NCBI GenBank assembly: GCA_000004985.1 | Contig: GG738862.1 | Origin: Naegleria gruberi | Taxonomy: Eukaryota | Length of the DNA stretch: 64,000 nt | Reading direction: 5' to 3' (one strand) | Shown here: one piece after another, positions 22,627 to 33,571 of the stretch | Layout of the letters: every line of letters starts with the position of its first letter | How positions within the stretch are numbered: position 1 is the first letter of the stretch | Notes under the pieces: model-generated | The model's input: the letters and a program-made list of their open reading frames with translations, nothing else | The model's database searches: none | Told to the model about the DNA's origin: nothing | Made by a program: the position numbers and the translations under genes

Positions 22627-24252
22627 TTATTTATTGTAAGTGTAAAAGTCTGAAAGTGTGGTGATTGGCCATCTTGGAATGTACCTTTCCTTATCACAAA
22701 CTTCTACTGGTTTGTGACATTCATTGAATAACCTTTGGAATGCTGCATAACCAATCATGACTGCATTATCAGTGCAATATTTCATTGGAGCAACTTTGAG
22801 ATCATATTCATACTTGTCAGATAGTTTGGTCAGCTCATGTCTAAAATATTGATTGGCAGAAACACCCCCAGAGACAATCAAACTGTTTGGATATTCATCC
22901 ACGTTAGCTCTATATCGGTGCATTGCCATCTCTAGCTTATCAATCAGATGAGTAAAAGCACACTTTTGGAAACTTGCCGAAATGTTGCAAACTACCTCCT
23001 CAGATAGTTTTTCATTCTTAAGTTCAATGGTAGACAATGATTGACTACCCTCTCGCGAGTAAGGATCTGTCGATGCTTGTAAATTAGCATTAATATCTTG
23101 TACATTTTTCACTGATCCATTATTTCTCAATCTATTCAATAAATGATGAAGATCTCTCTTTGAAATTCCTTGATTCTGCTCCTTTCTTACAGTTCTCAAA
23201 ACATCAGTCTTGATTCCACTAAATGAGAATGTAATATCATTTCTTCTGTTTCCCTTTCTCAATGGAATTGGAAAATTATAACTAGACGAATCTCCCAACA
23301 ATGCCAATTTCTCAACCAATGCTCCTCCACTATAATTCTCTCGTGTTCCAAACTTTTCATTGACATAATCATTCAAATTAAAGTCAATACTTTCCTGTAA
23401 CAATCTAGCTGTTTTATCAAATGCTTCTCCTATCGAATCATCCTCAGTTCCTCCCACTATTTCATATTGTCCAATTCCTCTACTGAAAACTACCAAACAA
23501 TGTCCACCACTAGCCAGTAACACTAAATAAGGGAAATTAGTATTTTCAGAAAACATTAGTGGAACCAATAAATGAGCTTCCAAGTGATGAACTGGTATAA
23601 CAGGAACATTCAGTTTCTCACAATATTTCATTGCAGTATCCAATCCAGCAGATAAACAAGGAGGTAAACCAGGTCCAACAGTTACAGCTACATAATCCAC
23701 AACTCTTTCTCTATTAGAATCCAAATTTGAAACCTTTTCCAATGCATTTTCAATCATCCCATCGAGTGTGGCTCTGTGCATATGAGCCATTTCAGTTGGA
23801 TGAACTCCTCCATATTGATTGACCAATTCATGATGAGTAATTACTTGTTCGTGCAGTATTTTTGGTCTCTCCATCACATTTTCTATTTGATTATTTGATT
23901 TATCAGATGATTCTTGTTCTATGGAATTATCATTTTGCACATTTTCAATGGTGGAGGATGGTTTGTGAATTTTCCTAAAGGTAGACTCGAGAATGGCTAC
24001 TCCTGTGTCATCACAACTTGTTTCTATCGAGAGAATTCTAATTGGCTTATCAAATAAATTATTCCGAAGGTGTGAATTGATATTGTGAAAAGAAGCAAGA
24101 CAAAACTTCGGAGTGGAATGAACAATTTGATAGAATTGTGATGATTGTTTCTTCTTGATTGCTACAGCAGATTGTAGGAATGTTCGGTTATTAGCAATTT
24201 TAGAAGTGCACGATGAGAGTATGAGGGATTTCACACATCTATTTTGAATCAT
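22627..24252 (-). CDS. Kae1/TsaD-family tRNA threonylcarbamoyl-adenosine synthase, mitochondrial type (Qri7/OSGEPL1-like)
   Basis: ILSIETSCDDTGVAILE and PVHHLEAHLLVPLMF...PYLVLLASGGHCLVV. The N-terminal extension is rich in S/R/K, consistent with a presequence. There are low-complexity insertions. Confidence 0.75.
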   Translation of the reverse strand: MIQNRCVKSLILSSCTSKIANNRTFLQSAVAIKKKQSSQFYQIVHSTPKFCLASFHNINSHLRNNLFDKPIRILSIETSCDDTGVAILESTFRKIHKPSSTIENVQNDNSIEQESSDKSNNQIENVMERPKILHEQVITHHELVNQYGGVHPTEMAHMHRATLDGMIENALEKVSNLDSNRERVVDYVAVTVGPGLPPCLSAGLDTAMKYCEKLNVPVIPVHHLEAHLLVPLMFSENTNFPYLVLLASGGHCLVVFSRGIGQYEIVGGTEDDSIGEAFDKTARLLQESIDFNLNDYVNEKFGTRENYSGGALVEKLALLGDSSSYNFPIPLRKGNRRNDITFSFSGIKTDVLRTVRKEQNQGISKRDLHHLLNRLRNNGSVKNVQDINANLQASTDPYSREGSQSLSTIELKNEKLSEEVVCNISASFQKCAFTHLIDKLEMAMHRYRANVDEYPNSLIVSGGVSANQYFRHELTKLSDKYEYDLKVAPMKYCTDNAVMIGYAAFQRLFNECHKPVEVCDKERYIPRWPITTLSDFYTYNK

Positions 24253-24297
24253 TTTTTTATTTGAAATGGGTTTGCAAATTGATTGAAGTCATAATCA

Positions 24298-26271
24298 TTA
24301 TTGTTGAATAATGATTTTGGCATCATCCTTGATTTGTTTAGAGTCATCTGAGGATTCTGGCTCTGGTTCTTCGTCATTGTCTTGTTCATCAGCTTCTTCT
24401 TCTTCTTCTAATTTCTTGGCAGCTCTCATTCTGTTATATTCTTCTTCATCGAGAAGTTCTTCATCTCCTACAGCTGGAGCATATTCTTCTTCACTGTCAC
24501 TATCTTCTTCAGTTGGTTGTTGTTGAGCTGGTTCAGTGGTAGTAGCCTTCTTCTTTGCCTTAAAGAGGAGAACCTTTGATCTCATTTCATCATCTTCTTC
24601 CAATTCTCTCTTGAAATCTTCGAGATCCTTTTCCTTTCTCTTAGAGTCTTGCTTTACATTACCTCCAACATGTTTATCATTCTTCTTATTCTTCTTCTTG
24701 GAGACTGGATCATCTTCCTTACCTTCTTCAGTGGCAAGTGGATTGTTAAAGTTCTTTTCACCGGTAAATGATTTCAACTCCCAATTTCTTTCCTTTCTCT
24801 TCTTATAAATCTTCTTAACAATGATAACTTCTGGAAGCTTTTCAGTTTGAGAATTCTTATAGTCAGCCAAGAGACCTTCATCATATTGGGCCTTTCTCAA
24901 ATCGTAACACATAATAGTATCACCAGGATGCAACAAAGCTCCTAAATGTGACTTGACAAAGATTGGATCAGAACCAAGTTCATCGCTTCTAACAATTTGA
25001 ACTTCACACAAAATATATTTACCATTAGCAGCAGGTAAATTGTTTGGATTCTTGTTATTCTTGGCAAAATATGAGTAGTCCAATAATTCAACATCGACAA
25101 CAGTAAATTCAGATAATTGTCTACTTGTCAATGCAGAGAAGAATGGTTGTCTCCAATAGAGAGCACCATCCAATTCGTTGGTTTGTAAAGTAGTTGGATC
25201 AACAAAGAAGATATTCTTATTAACCTTTGTACATAAAACCAATGGACCAATACCTCCCATTGATGTACTCAATCTCTTTGGCAAACAAATTAAATCTTCT
25301 CTACAAATTGGAGCAATTTCCAATGAGAATGAATATTTAAAGTTGAAAATGTTTGATTTGGCATCGTGAGTAACTAAACGTTCACCAGTTTTGCTCTTAA
25401 TTGATGCAACACTTTGCAAAAAGTCAACCAATTTCTTAGCATGTGACCTTTCAGAGAAGAAGAAATCCAAACCATCAGCTTCTTCCTTGATATTGATAGC
25501 TTTTTCGTGTACATTGTGCTTCAAAATCAATTGTTCCAAAAAGAGGAAAGTTCTCTTGTGGTCTAATTTTTGTCTAACTTGAACAACAGCATTCCAAGTG
25601 TAGAGAGTGTGAGATTTTTGACAAACTTCACATTGTTGATTTCTGACAATGAACTCGACAACAAAAGATTGTTGGAGAATAGTACCATTTCCTAAAACTT
25701 CTTTCTGAATAGTAATTTTAACTTTCAAACGTCTACTGTGAGGTTCAGTCCATAAGAATTTAGCATCAATCAATTTAACTCTATTCAATCCGTGAATACG
25801 TTTCAAACACAAAGTAAGCAATTCTTTACTTTCCATATCACATTTAATCCAATATTTAGGAGGTTGAAGATAACGTTCACATTCTCTACAGAAGAAGATT
25901 GTTTCACTCTTAGTAATACCATCAGTAATATCCACTTGAGATTTGATACAATTCAAACACATATTTGCAGGATTGGCTGGTGTAACTACACCACACAAAC
26001 AACATAAAACATTAGGTAAATCTTTCTTTTTAGTAGTACGACGAGAAGCATTAGTAGTTGTTGTTCTTGTTGTAATTTTACTTCTCTTTGATGAAGTAGT
26101 TGAAACTGCATCGTCGTTTAATTTTTGAAGACCTGATTGTTTCAAAGATGTAGTTGTTGTTGTTGGAGCCTCATGATGATGATGATGGTGATGAGTACAA
26201 CCAACACCCGAACAATTAGTTTGTTGCTCTTCAATAATCTCAACTTCGTCAGCAGTTGTTGTGGTGGACAT
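24298..26271 (-). CDS. nmd3: NMD3 60S ribosomal subunit export adaptor
   Basis: N-terminal Cys clusters LCCLCGVVTPANPANMCLNCIKSQVDITDGI...FFCRECERYLQPPKYWIKCDMESKELLTLCLKR. Acidic C-terminus. True ATG at 26271 (MSTTTTADE); the track start is TTG. Confidence 0.85.
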   Translation of the reverse strand: MSTTTTADEVEIIEEQQTNCSGVGCTHHHHHHHEAPTTTTTSLKQSGLQKLNDDAVSTTSSKRSKITTRTTTTNASRRTTKKKDLPNVLCCLCGVVTPANPANMCLNCIKSQVDITDGITKSETIFFCRECERYLQPPKYWIKCDMESKELLTLCLKRIHGLNRVKLIDAKFLWTEPHSRRLKVKITIQKEVLGNGTILQQSFVVEFIVRNQQCEVCQKSHTLYTWNAVVQVRQKLDHKRTFLFLEQLILKHNVHEKAINIKEEADGLDFFFSERSHAKKLVDFLQSVASIKSKTGERLVTHDAKSNIFNFKYSFSLEIAPICREDLICLPKRLSTSMGGIGPLVLCTKVNKNIFFVDPTTLQTNELDGALYWRQPFFSALTSRQLSEFTVVDVELLDYSYFAKNNKNPNNLPAANGKYILCEVQIVRSDELGSDPIFVKSHLGALLHPGDTIMCYDLRKAQYDEGLLADYKNSQTEKLPEVIIVKKIYKKRKERNWELKSFTGEKNFNNPLATEEGKEDDPVSKKKNKKNDKHVGGNVKQDSKRKEKDLEDFKRELEEDDEMRSKVLLFKAKKKATTTEPAQQQPTEEDSDSEEEYAPAVGDEELLDEEEYNRMRAAKKLEEEEEADEQDNDEEPEPESSDDSKQIKDDAKIIIQQ

Positions 26272-26617
26272 TTTTTTTAATTTCAATTTTAAAATTTATT
26301 TTTGCTGCTCGCAAAGTTTGATGAAGAATTTCTTGAAGGAATATTCGAGAGAGAGAAAATGTCAAATTTAGAACAGAAGAATGGACTAATTGTTGTGAGT
26401 CAATCCGGTTGGAAATTGAATGTGTTGTGAGGAGTGGACATGGACTGGAAAATGTGGAGAGATGAATGAACCAATTCATAAATTGATTGAAGGATATTGA
26501 TGATGTGAGAAAATTGAAAAAAATTTATCAGAATTTTCATCACAATATTTCAAAAATTGCACAATACACTTCGGAACCGAAACGAATAGCAACAAATCAA
26601 TAGATTAAAATTGTAAA

Positions 26618-27592
26618 ATGGTTGTTTTTAGAAGAACAGGAAAGCCAATCTTGGATAATGTGAAAAGTCCTGTGAGAAATGCTTCATCACTCTTGGAATA
26701 TTCTTCCTTTTTGAAAGAACATTCACCAGTGAATAAGTGGATTCGGATGGGAATGGCTGATGTCCCAATTTTTGATGAAAATCGTTTTGTAAATTCAATT
26801 TCTCAATTCAGAAATTATTTATATGAGGAAAATATGTCATGTGTAATTCCAATGTATAAACCAGTGGGAATTAATAGTCAATCTTTCATAATGAATTTTA
26901 AAACAAAGTTTGGATTGGGAAAGGATTTGAGAGTTGGACATGGTGGCTGTCTAGATCCCTCAGCTCATGGTGTGCTAATGATTGGTGTGAATGGACAAGG
27001 AACAAAGGCACTTAAATATTTAGATCGAGATGAGAAGGTTTATGATTTTGTGATTCAATGTGGTAGTTCAACACCTTCATATGATGCTGATACTGTGAAA
27101 TTTGCAACTTATTGTCCACATTATAGATATTTCTTTGATAAGAATTGTCAAACCATTGAGCAGGTTAATGAACTAGTGAATCAGTATTTGAAAGAGAGAA
27201 ATAATGTAATTGTTCAGAAAACTCCAGTGTTTAGTGCTGTAAAAATTGGAGGAAAGAGACTCTTTTCACATGGTTACAATAATTTGAGAAAGATGGAACA
27301 ACAAGATGAAGAAGAAAGGAAATACAGAGGATTATATTGTGAGGAAGAAACCTTGAATTTACCTTCCAGATCTATTCGAGTTGATAGAATTGAGTGTACT
27401 CATATCAATAAGGAACTAGGTCAATTATCATTTTCATGCACTTGCAGCACTGGAACATATGTGAGAATTTTGGGTTATGAAATTGCTCACTTGTTGGAGG
27501 TTTGTGGTGCTTATGTAACGGACTTGTATAGAACTAGAATTGGAAAGAATACAAACATGCTGAAATTGGATGAAATTGGAAATTTAGAATAA
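26618..27592 (+). CDS. TruB-family tRNA pseudouridine synthase (organellar TRUB2-like)
   Basis: VIPMYKPVGINSQSFIMNFKTKFGLGKDLRVGHGGCLDPSAHGVLMIGVNGQGTKALKYL carries the GH-G-LDP catalytic-Asp motif. Confidence 0.7.
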   Translation: MVVFRRTGKPILDNVKSPVRNASSLLEYSSFLKEHSPVNKWIRMGMADVPIFDENRFVNSISQFRNYLYEENMSCVIPMYKPVGINSQSFIMNFKTKFGLGKDLRVGHGGCLDPSAHGVLMIGVNGQGTKALKYLDRDEKVYDFVIQCGSSTPSYDADTVKFATYCPHYRYFFDKNCQTIEQVNELVNQYLKERNNVIVQKTPVFSAVKIGGKRLFSHGYNNLRKMEQQDEEERKYRGLYCEEETLNLPSRSIRVDRIECTHINKELGQLSFSCTCSTGTYVRILGYEIAHLLEVCGAYVTDLYRTRIGKNTNMLKLDEIGNLE

Positions 27593-27681
27593 TTTTCAAC
27601 TATTTTGGCGCAAGCATCTGTGCTTTTCTCTCTAAATTGGACCCAGATTTTGGACTGGAATGCAATATTGTGAACTAGACT

Positions 27682-27775
27682 GATGATATTTCTTGAGGAA
27701 GCTTGAGAAACTTCAGACAATGGATCAATCCAGGCTCTTCCCTTACTGCAAGACAAAATGTCAGTGGCGAGTCTC
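27682..27775 (-). pseudogene. about 94-bp fragment of the rpl19 coding sequence (codons about 10-42), isolated in the intergenic region
   Basis: Direct comparison with 19669..19768: gat-g-atatttcttgaggaagcttgagaaacttcagacaa[6-bp deletion]tggatcaatccag-ctcttcccttac-gcaagacaaaatgtcag-ggcgagtctc. About 90% identity. The flanking sequence is unrelated. Confidence 0.6.
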
Positions 27776-27828
27776 AGTTTTTATCAAAACCTTAATTACT
27801 AATAAAAAATTAAGCTTTTTAAATTGTT

Positions 27829-29853
27829 TTAACAATAGTTTATAAATGGATTGATTGCAGTTTCATATCTGAATATTTGAGTTTTCGGAACTAGAACCAA
27901 ATCCTTAAAATCTTTTGTAATATTTTCCAAGAAATCAGATTTCGTAAGGGATGGAGATCCAGTCACATCTAGGAAAAGCAAATTTCTAAACTTGTTCATG
28001 AGAATTTCTTTAGAGCAAGCCATCTTTTGATCAGTAATCCATCTCAAATATAAACATCTCAAACTAGGTACTGCTTCAATGCATGTAAGTAAAGTACCAA
28101 GTTTCATTGTGGTTTCACTCAAATCGAGAGAATTCAATTTTTGAAGGCAGCTCAGATCTATTTCTGTCAAATATTCACAACAATCAATGTCCAATCTCTT
28201 CAAATCCAAGCAACATTTGACCAAATCATTGAGTTGATTATTTGAAATGGAACTACCACTCAAAAGTAATGTTTTGAGTTTGCTTCCATGTGTTAAGAAT
28301 CCGCCCCCAATTCCTGTCATTTTCAAATTCAAAAATTCTAATTTAGGAGTAAAACTAATAATTTCTCTCAAACGTTCTGCGTTCAATTTTCTATTGTAAG
28401 AAAAGTCCAATTTGATAAGATTTCCCAAGGCAGTTGCGGATGCAATACCTTCACTGGAACTAAGCATGGATAACCCCAATTCTCTAATCTCTCTACTCTT
28501 CATGACAGCAAAAGCTTTAGAAGAGTCAAGTAAATTAGTTGAATTGAGAATCAAAGTATTGACGGATGGACATTCAATTTTACACTCTGGTAACATCTCC
28601 AAGGAGGATATTTCAAGATGCTTCAACTGTTGGCTTAGAATAGAAGTGTCTTGAATACCCTTAACATTTCTCATAGTCAACCGAGTTAGAGTCGGAATTG
28701 TTTCTAAAACATGAGTGATAAATCCTGCATGGCTGTCCCCAAAACTGATATTTAGCATTTCAAAAGATTTCAATTGTGGTGAATGTTTCAGTAGAGTATC
28801 AATATTTGACAGAAGAATATTTCCAGAATCGATTGTCAAATGTTCAATACTCAAATTTCCCTTCATATTAAATGGAAAATGCTTTCTGCCCACAAAATAT
28901 TTCAAATTATTGCATTTTGGTAAGAATTCAGTCAATGTTGGACATTCTACGTTATTCAATACCAAGTAAACCAAACTTTCATAAAGATAATTTTGAGATG
29001 ATTCGCTAATGGCCATTGTTGGAAAATTAGAATTTGAAAAATTCAATTCAATATGAGATAATTGCTTGGATGATGTTTGAAGTGAGAATTTTTCCAAATA
29101 ACAATCCACAATTCTTAATTCTTTCAAGTTCACTAAATGTTTCATCATATTTTCATAATTCTCCAATCCCAAATTCACCTTGAACAAGTGCAATTTGAAT
29201 AAATTATTAACAGATTTCATTGATTTCATCTTGAGAGGTCCATCTTCAATATCTGACCTCACAAATTCCACCACAATATCCCTTTGATCATCCTTTGTAA
29301 TATTCTTAGCAACAGCTCCAGCAGGTGGTACAACTTCCTTCTTTTTTCTAAACATTGCAAAGAATCCCTTTTTTGATTCAGATGCTGACTCAACAGTTGT
29401 TGTTTTCGTTCTAATCCTCCTTGAATATCTTCCATTGTATAGACAAACATCGGAGAGAGTCAGTTTGTTAAGTTCCTGCAATTGTCTAACTAAATATCCA
29501 AACAATTCAAAGGAGAACAAATCACCATGACCAGCCAATGTCAAATCATTTAAATTCTGAAAAAGACATGTCGATTGCACAAATCTCTCCACATGATCAT
29601 ACGATTGCAAATGTGGACAAGGAAATGAAGCCTTCGGATCCTCACTGAATGGATTCAACTCCTTCTGAAGGAATGTTTTAAAATTATATTCCTTGATCTC
29701 GAGATTTAACACACACTCAACTACAATTTGTCTCCATTCCGAGCATACCAAGACAATACTGCCTAACAAGTGTTTCGAATGGAGAAATTTAAAAATTTCA
29801 AAGAGGACTGGTCCATGAAGATTGCCCAATTTTTTACTATCAAATGATGACAT
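27829..29853 (-). CDS. F-box/leucine-rich-repeat protein
   Basis: N-terminal F-box LHGPVLFEIFKFLHSKHLLGSIVLVCSEWRQIV, followed by many L-x-x-L-x-L repeats. ATG at 29853. Confidence 0.6.
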   Translation of the reverse strand: MSSFDSKKLGNLHGPVLFEIFKFLHSKHLLGSIVLVCSEWRQIVVECVLNLEIKEYNFKTFLQKELNPFSEDPKASFPCPHLQSYDHVERFVQSTCLFQNLNDLTLAGHGDLFSFELFGYLVRQLQELNKLTLSDVCLYNGRYSRRIRTKTTTVESASESKKGFFAMFRKKKEVVPPAGAVAKNITKDDQRDIVVEFVRSDIEDGPLKMKSMKSVNNLFKLHLFKVNLGLENYENMMKHLVNLKELRIVDCYLEKFSLQTSSKQLSHIELNFSNSNFPTMAISESSQNYLYESLVYLVLNNVECPTLTEFLPKCNNLKYFVGRKHFPFNMKGNLSIEHLTIDSGNILLSNIDTLLKHSPQLKSFEMLNISFGDSHAGFITHVLETIPTLTRLTMRNVKGIQDTSILSQQLKHLEISSLEMLPECKIECPSVNTLILNSTNLLDSSKAFAVMKSREIRELGLSMLSSSEGIASATALGNLIKLDFSYNRKLNAERLREIISFTPKLEFLNLKMTGIGGGFLTHGSKLKTLLLSGSSISNNQLNDLVKCCLDLKRLDIDCCEYLTEIDLSCLQKLNSLDLSETTMKLGTLLTCIEAVPSLRCLYLRWITDQKMACSKEILMNKFRNLLFLDVTGSPSLTKSDFLENITKDFKDLVLVPKTQIFRYETAINPFINYC

Positions 29854-30042
29854 TTTTTTTTGTAAATTTTAAAGAAACACATGACGACGATTGTGAGTGA
29901 ATAGGGAACTAGCTCATCAGCAGTATAACAGAAAAGAAAACATCGAATTGATGCAAAGTTGTTGTTTCAACATAATTAAAAGAATTTTACAAAGTTCATC
30001 AAATTTTAAATATCAAAAAAAAATAGCAAAATTTCATTCGTC

Positions 30043-31132
30043 TATGTCCTTTGAAGGTTTGGCTTCGGTAATTATAGATAATGGATCCCATACGATGAAA
30101 GCTGGATTTTCTGGTGACTACCAACCAAAGGAATGTTTTCCGACAATTGTTTGGAGACAAACAGGAATGATTGGTTTGGGGGATACTCCGATTGCTGTTG
30201 GAGAAAGGGCTTCTGGATATCGGAGGGACAGTTTAAGGTTTCCTATTCGTAGAGGAAAGATTGTGGATTGGGATGATATGGAAGTGATATGGAGAAGGAT
30301 ATTTACTCATTATTTAGCAGCTGATATGGAAACAACTCCAGCTTTGTTAACCGAATCTCCTTCCAAGAATTCGAAAGAGGATAGAGAAAAAATGATTCAA
30401 GTATTGTTTGATGCTATGGAGCTACCTTCTGTATATATTGCCAATCAAGCTGTCACTACATTATTTGGTTGTGATAAAGTGAATGGCTTGGTTTTGGAAT
30501 CAGGTCATGGATCAAGTCATACTGTCCCTGTCTATGAAGGATATGCACTCAGTCATGCAACGGAAAGTTTGGATTTGGGAGGATTGGATGTTACTGAATA
30601 TTTGAAAAGGAAAGTTGATGAGAGGAATGAATCAAAACTGAGTTTTGGAATTGTTGAAGACATTAAGGAAAAACATTGTTATATTTTAATGGATTGTGAA
30701 AAATCTAGAGAAAATGAGAAAGTATCATATGAACTCCCAGATGAAACAGTCATTTTGTTAGGAGATGAATTGTATGAAGCCTCAGAATGTCTATTCAATC
30801 CATCCTTGATAGATTTCAATTGTAAAGGCATCCATGAAAATATCATTCCCTTGATAGAAAAGTGTGATCAAGATATTAGAAATGAATTGTACAGAAATAT
30901 AGTCCTTGGGGGCGGAAACACCTTACTGAAAGGATTTAGGAATAGAATTGAGAAGGAATGTAACAAAATCTCTCCAATAGAAGTATCAATTTGTGAAACG
31001 AACCATGCACAATTTTCTTCATGGAAAGGAGCTTCCATTCTAGCTCAAACTTCTCAATTTATTGATTTGAGCATTAGTAGGAAAGATTACCAAGAATATG
31101 GCTCTAAAATTGTACACAGAAAATTTTTCTAA
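30043..31132 (+). CDS. divergent actin-family protein (actin-related protein)
   Basis: MSFEGLASVIIDNGSHTMKAGFSGDYQPKECFPTIVWRQ parallels the actin N-terminus (VVDNGSG-CKAGFAGD..P...FPSIVGR). It is about 363 aa. The track start is GTG; I chose the actin-like ATG at 30043. Confidence 0.6.
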
Positions 31133-31214
31133 ACATTGGAGAAATTATAATTGAAATTATAAGAAGAAACTACACAAATAATTAGAATGTTTTGTTTATT
31201 AATTTACAATATTA

Positions 31215-33236
31215 CTACATTTCACAGTCATCAATTTCAATATCCACTGCTTCTTCTTCATCTAACATTAAAGCAAAGATGGCCTTCTCCATTTCTTCCT
31301 GTGAATCTTCGTAAACTTGAACTTCTTCACTTTGGTAGCCATACAGCTCAACAATTTGTTCGTTGAACCATTGTTCATTGAATAGAACTTTTGATGGATA
31401 GCCATTCTCCTCAATGACTTGAATCATTTGGTGGAAGAGAGTTTCAAGCTCACTATAATATTTAGAGAAGTTAAATTCGCTAAAGTATTCTCCTTCAATG
31501 GTTGATAAGCAAACGTCGAATCTTTCAGTAATTGCTTGATATAATTGGTCATTGGCAAATATATCATGATAGTTTTCAATGGCTTGATGAATTGTTTGGA
31601 GCATGAGTTCTTTGTTACGCTTCAATCCTTCTAACATATTTAAGGAAATATCAATTACTGCAAATTTTGAATAGTTGTTAGAAATAATGCCTTGAGCAAA
31701 TTCCATCTTCATGTTTCTAATTCGATTCTTAATGAGAGAATTATCCATAACTTTGAAATGCTTTTCAGTACTTTCAATTTTTTTGAAAAGTACATCTTCA
31801 TAACAGTCAACTATGATATTTCTATTGCTGGAAGGAAGAGTTTCGAATTGGAGTTCATCCTTTCTAATTTCATCAAATGATACAGTTACCTTTGAGAAGA
31901 AACCTTGCAATGCAAATTTTAGTGTACCATATTTGGATGGTTGTGTGGAATTGGAATGTTTGATAATAATTCTCTTCAATGAACTCTGAATTTCTTCTTC
32001 ATTCAAGTCAGCCTCATTCAATAACATCAAGAAAGACTCGGGAATAATCAACTCTTCACAATTAGGATAACAAACTAACATTCTAGACAAGAAAAATCTC
32101 AAATTTTTCTTTTCTTCTTTCTCATCGAAAACAACTAACTTCACAATAATGATTTTCTTAACTTTTTGAGATGGTAGATTTGAGAATAGCATAGGAAAGG
32201 GGTGTTTAACACAGAGAGTGGGTATTTCCATTGACTGTACTGGGAAGATGTTCATCTCACAATATTCAAGATTTGGAGCAATTACAGAAAGGTTAAACAA
32301 CGGACACATTAGTGAGAGTCTGGTCAACTTTGGCCCAATTAGAGAAACTAGCCTTTTATCACTAATGCCAACTGAATCATTAAAATCCAATTCATCAACA
32401 TTGGAGGAATTTAAATTCAAATGTTTGGAAAGAGAAATTATTGGGTTCTCAATTTCTTTGTTCATTAATGATTCTAATTGCAGTGTATTTTCACTATTCT
32501 TTTTACAATATTTGTAAATGGTTATCCAATCAATGTTAAACGACAGCTTTTTCAAATATGGTGAAATGTTGAAAGTTCTTGTGGATGGTAATTCAGTTTC
32601 AGGATCTTGGAATTTAAAGTTTGTAAACTTTAAGTGTTGGATCTTGCTTGTAGTAGCATTCATCAACTCAATCAATTGTCTTTTTGTAGTTGAAATGTGA
32701 TTCAAATGAACATAGCTGAACTTTTCAATGAACGAAGAGAATTGTGGAGGATATCGAGAGAACCCCAAGACTAGTTCAATATTGTTCATGATTGGAACAT
32801 TTTGAACACATTCACTCAAAAACTCCATGTGTAATTGATTGTTACAATACCAAACTCTTCTTTGTGTTAAAATAGGAAGACAATTTTCAACATTAACCAA
32901 ATCAGGAAAATTGACCAAGTATCTCATCAAATGATCAAGTAATTCCTCATCACTAATAAACTTCATAATCTCCATCACAATATCACTACATCCCAATGTA
33001 CAATCCAACAAACTAGTTGGTATCAAAGAATATCTACCACCTCCTGGACATCTTCCCATTCCATTACCACTAGCAATGCCAGTTGCCATGACATCGTGGA
33101 GACGTTGCTGTCTTGCTACATCTGCATCCAAACTTGGACAATCTGGTGATGCAATTGCTGGTTTTCTTGCCCATAAAGATGGACTTGAGGATTGTAATTC
33201 CATCACGGTTGAAGTTGATAATACTGCTGCTAACAT
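31215..33236 (-). CDS. hypothetical protein with N-terminal F-box-like motif and LRR-like repeats
   Basis: CSDIVMEIMKFISDEELLDHLMRYLVNFPDL is F-box-like. The repeats are leucine-rich. I recognised no other domain. Confidence 0.4.
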   Translation of the reverse strand: MLAAVLSTSTVMELQSSSPSLWARKPAIASPDCPSLDADVARQQRLHDVMATGIASGNGMGRCPGGGRYSLIPTSLLDCTLGCSDIVMEIMKFISDEELLDHLMRYLVNFPDLVNVENCLPILTQRRVWYCNNQLHMEFLSECVQNVPIMNNIELVLGFSRYPPQFSSFIEKFSYVHLNHISTTKRQLIELMNATTSKIQHLKFTNFKFQDPETELPSTRTFNISPYLKKLSFNIDWITIYKYCKKNSENTLQLESLMNKEIENPIISLSKHLNLNSSNVDELDFNDSVGISDKRLVSLIGPKLTRLSLMCPLFNLSVIAPNLEYCEMNIFPVQSMEIPTLCVKHPFPMLFSNLPSQKVKKIIIVKLVVFDEKEEKKNLRFFLSRMLVCYPNCEELIIPESFLMLLNEADLNEEEIQSSLKRIIIKHSNSTQPSKYGTLKFALQGFFSKVTVSFDEIRKDELQFETLPSSNRNIIVDCYEDVLFKKIESTEKHFKVMDNSLIKNRIRNMKMEFAQGIISNNYSKFAVIDISLNMLEGLKRNKELMLQTIHQAIENYHDIFANDQLYQAITERFDVCLSTIEGEYFSEFNFSKYYSELETLFHQMIQVIEENGYPSKVLFNEQWFNEQIVELYGYQSEEVQVYEDSQEEMEKAIFALMLDEEEAVDIEIDDCEM

Positions 33237-33571
33237 GTTTCTTGTTGTTTTTTTTGCTTGTTTACTATTGCATTGTGCTATCTATTTATATTAATACCTT
33301 TCACGTTTGTTTGGTGAAGATTTTTTGATCGTGGGGCAAGAAACTTTGCTTTGGAATTCACAATAAGAAGCTTCAGTAGAATGGTGTTGGTATTGTAGTT
33401 GTTTTCTCAGTGTCTTTCATCAATACTTGCAATAGTAGATTCACATATTCATGCTGATGGTATTGTAAATTCTTAAATTAGCCTAAACAAATCTTTGCAT
33501 TGTAACACATTTAATCCCTTTAAGAGTTGGAATCTAAATTTAACAACAATGTTCGGGACAAAAAAAACAAC

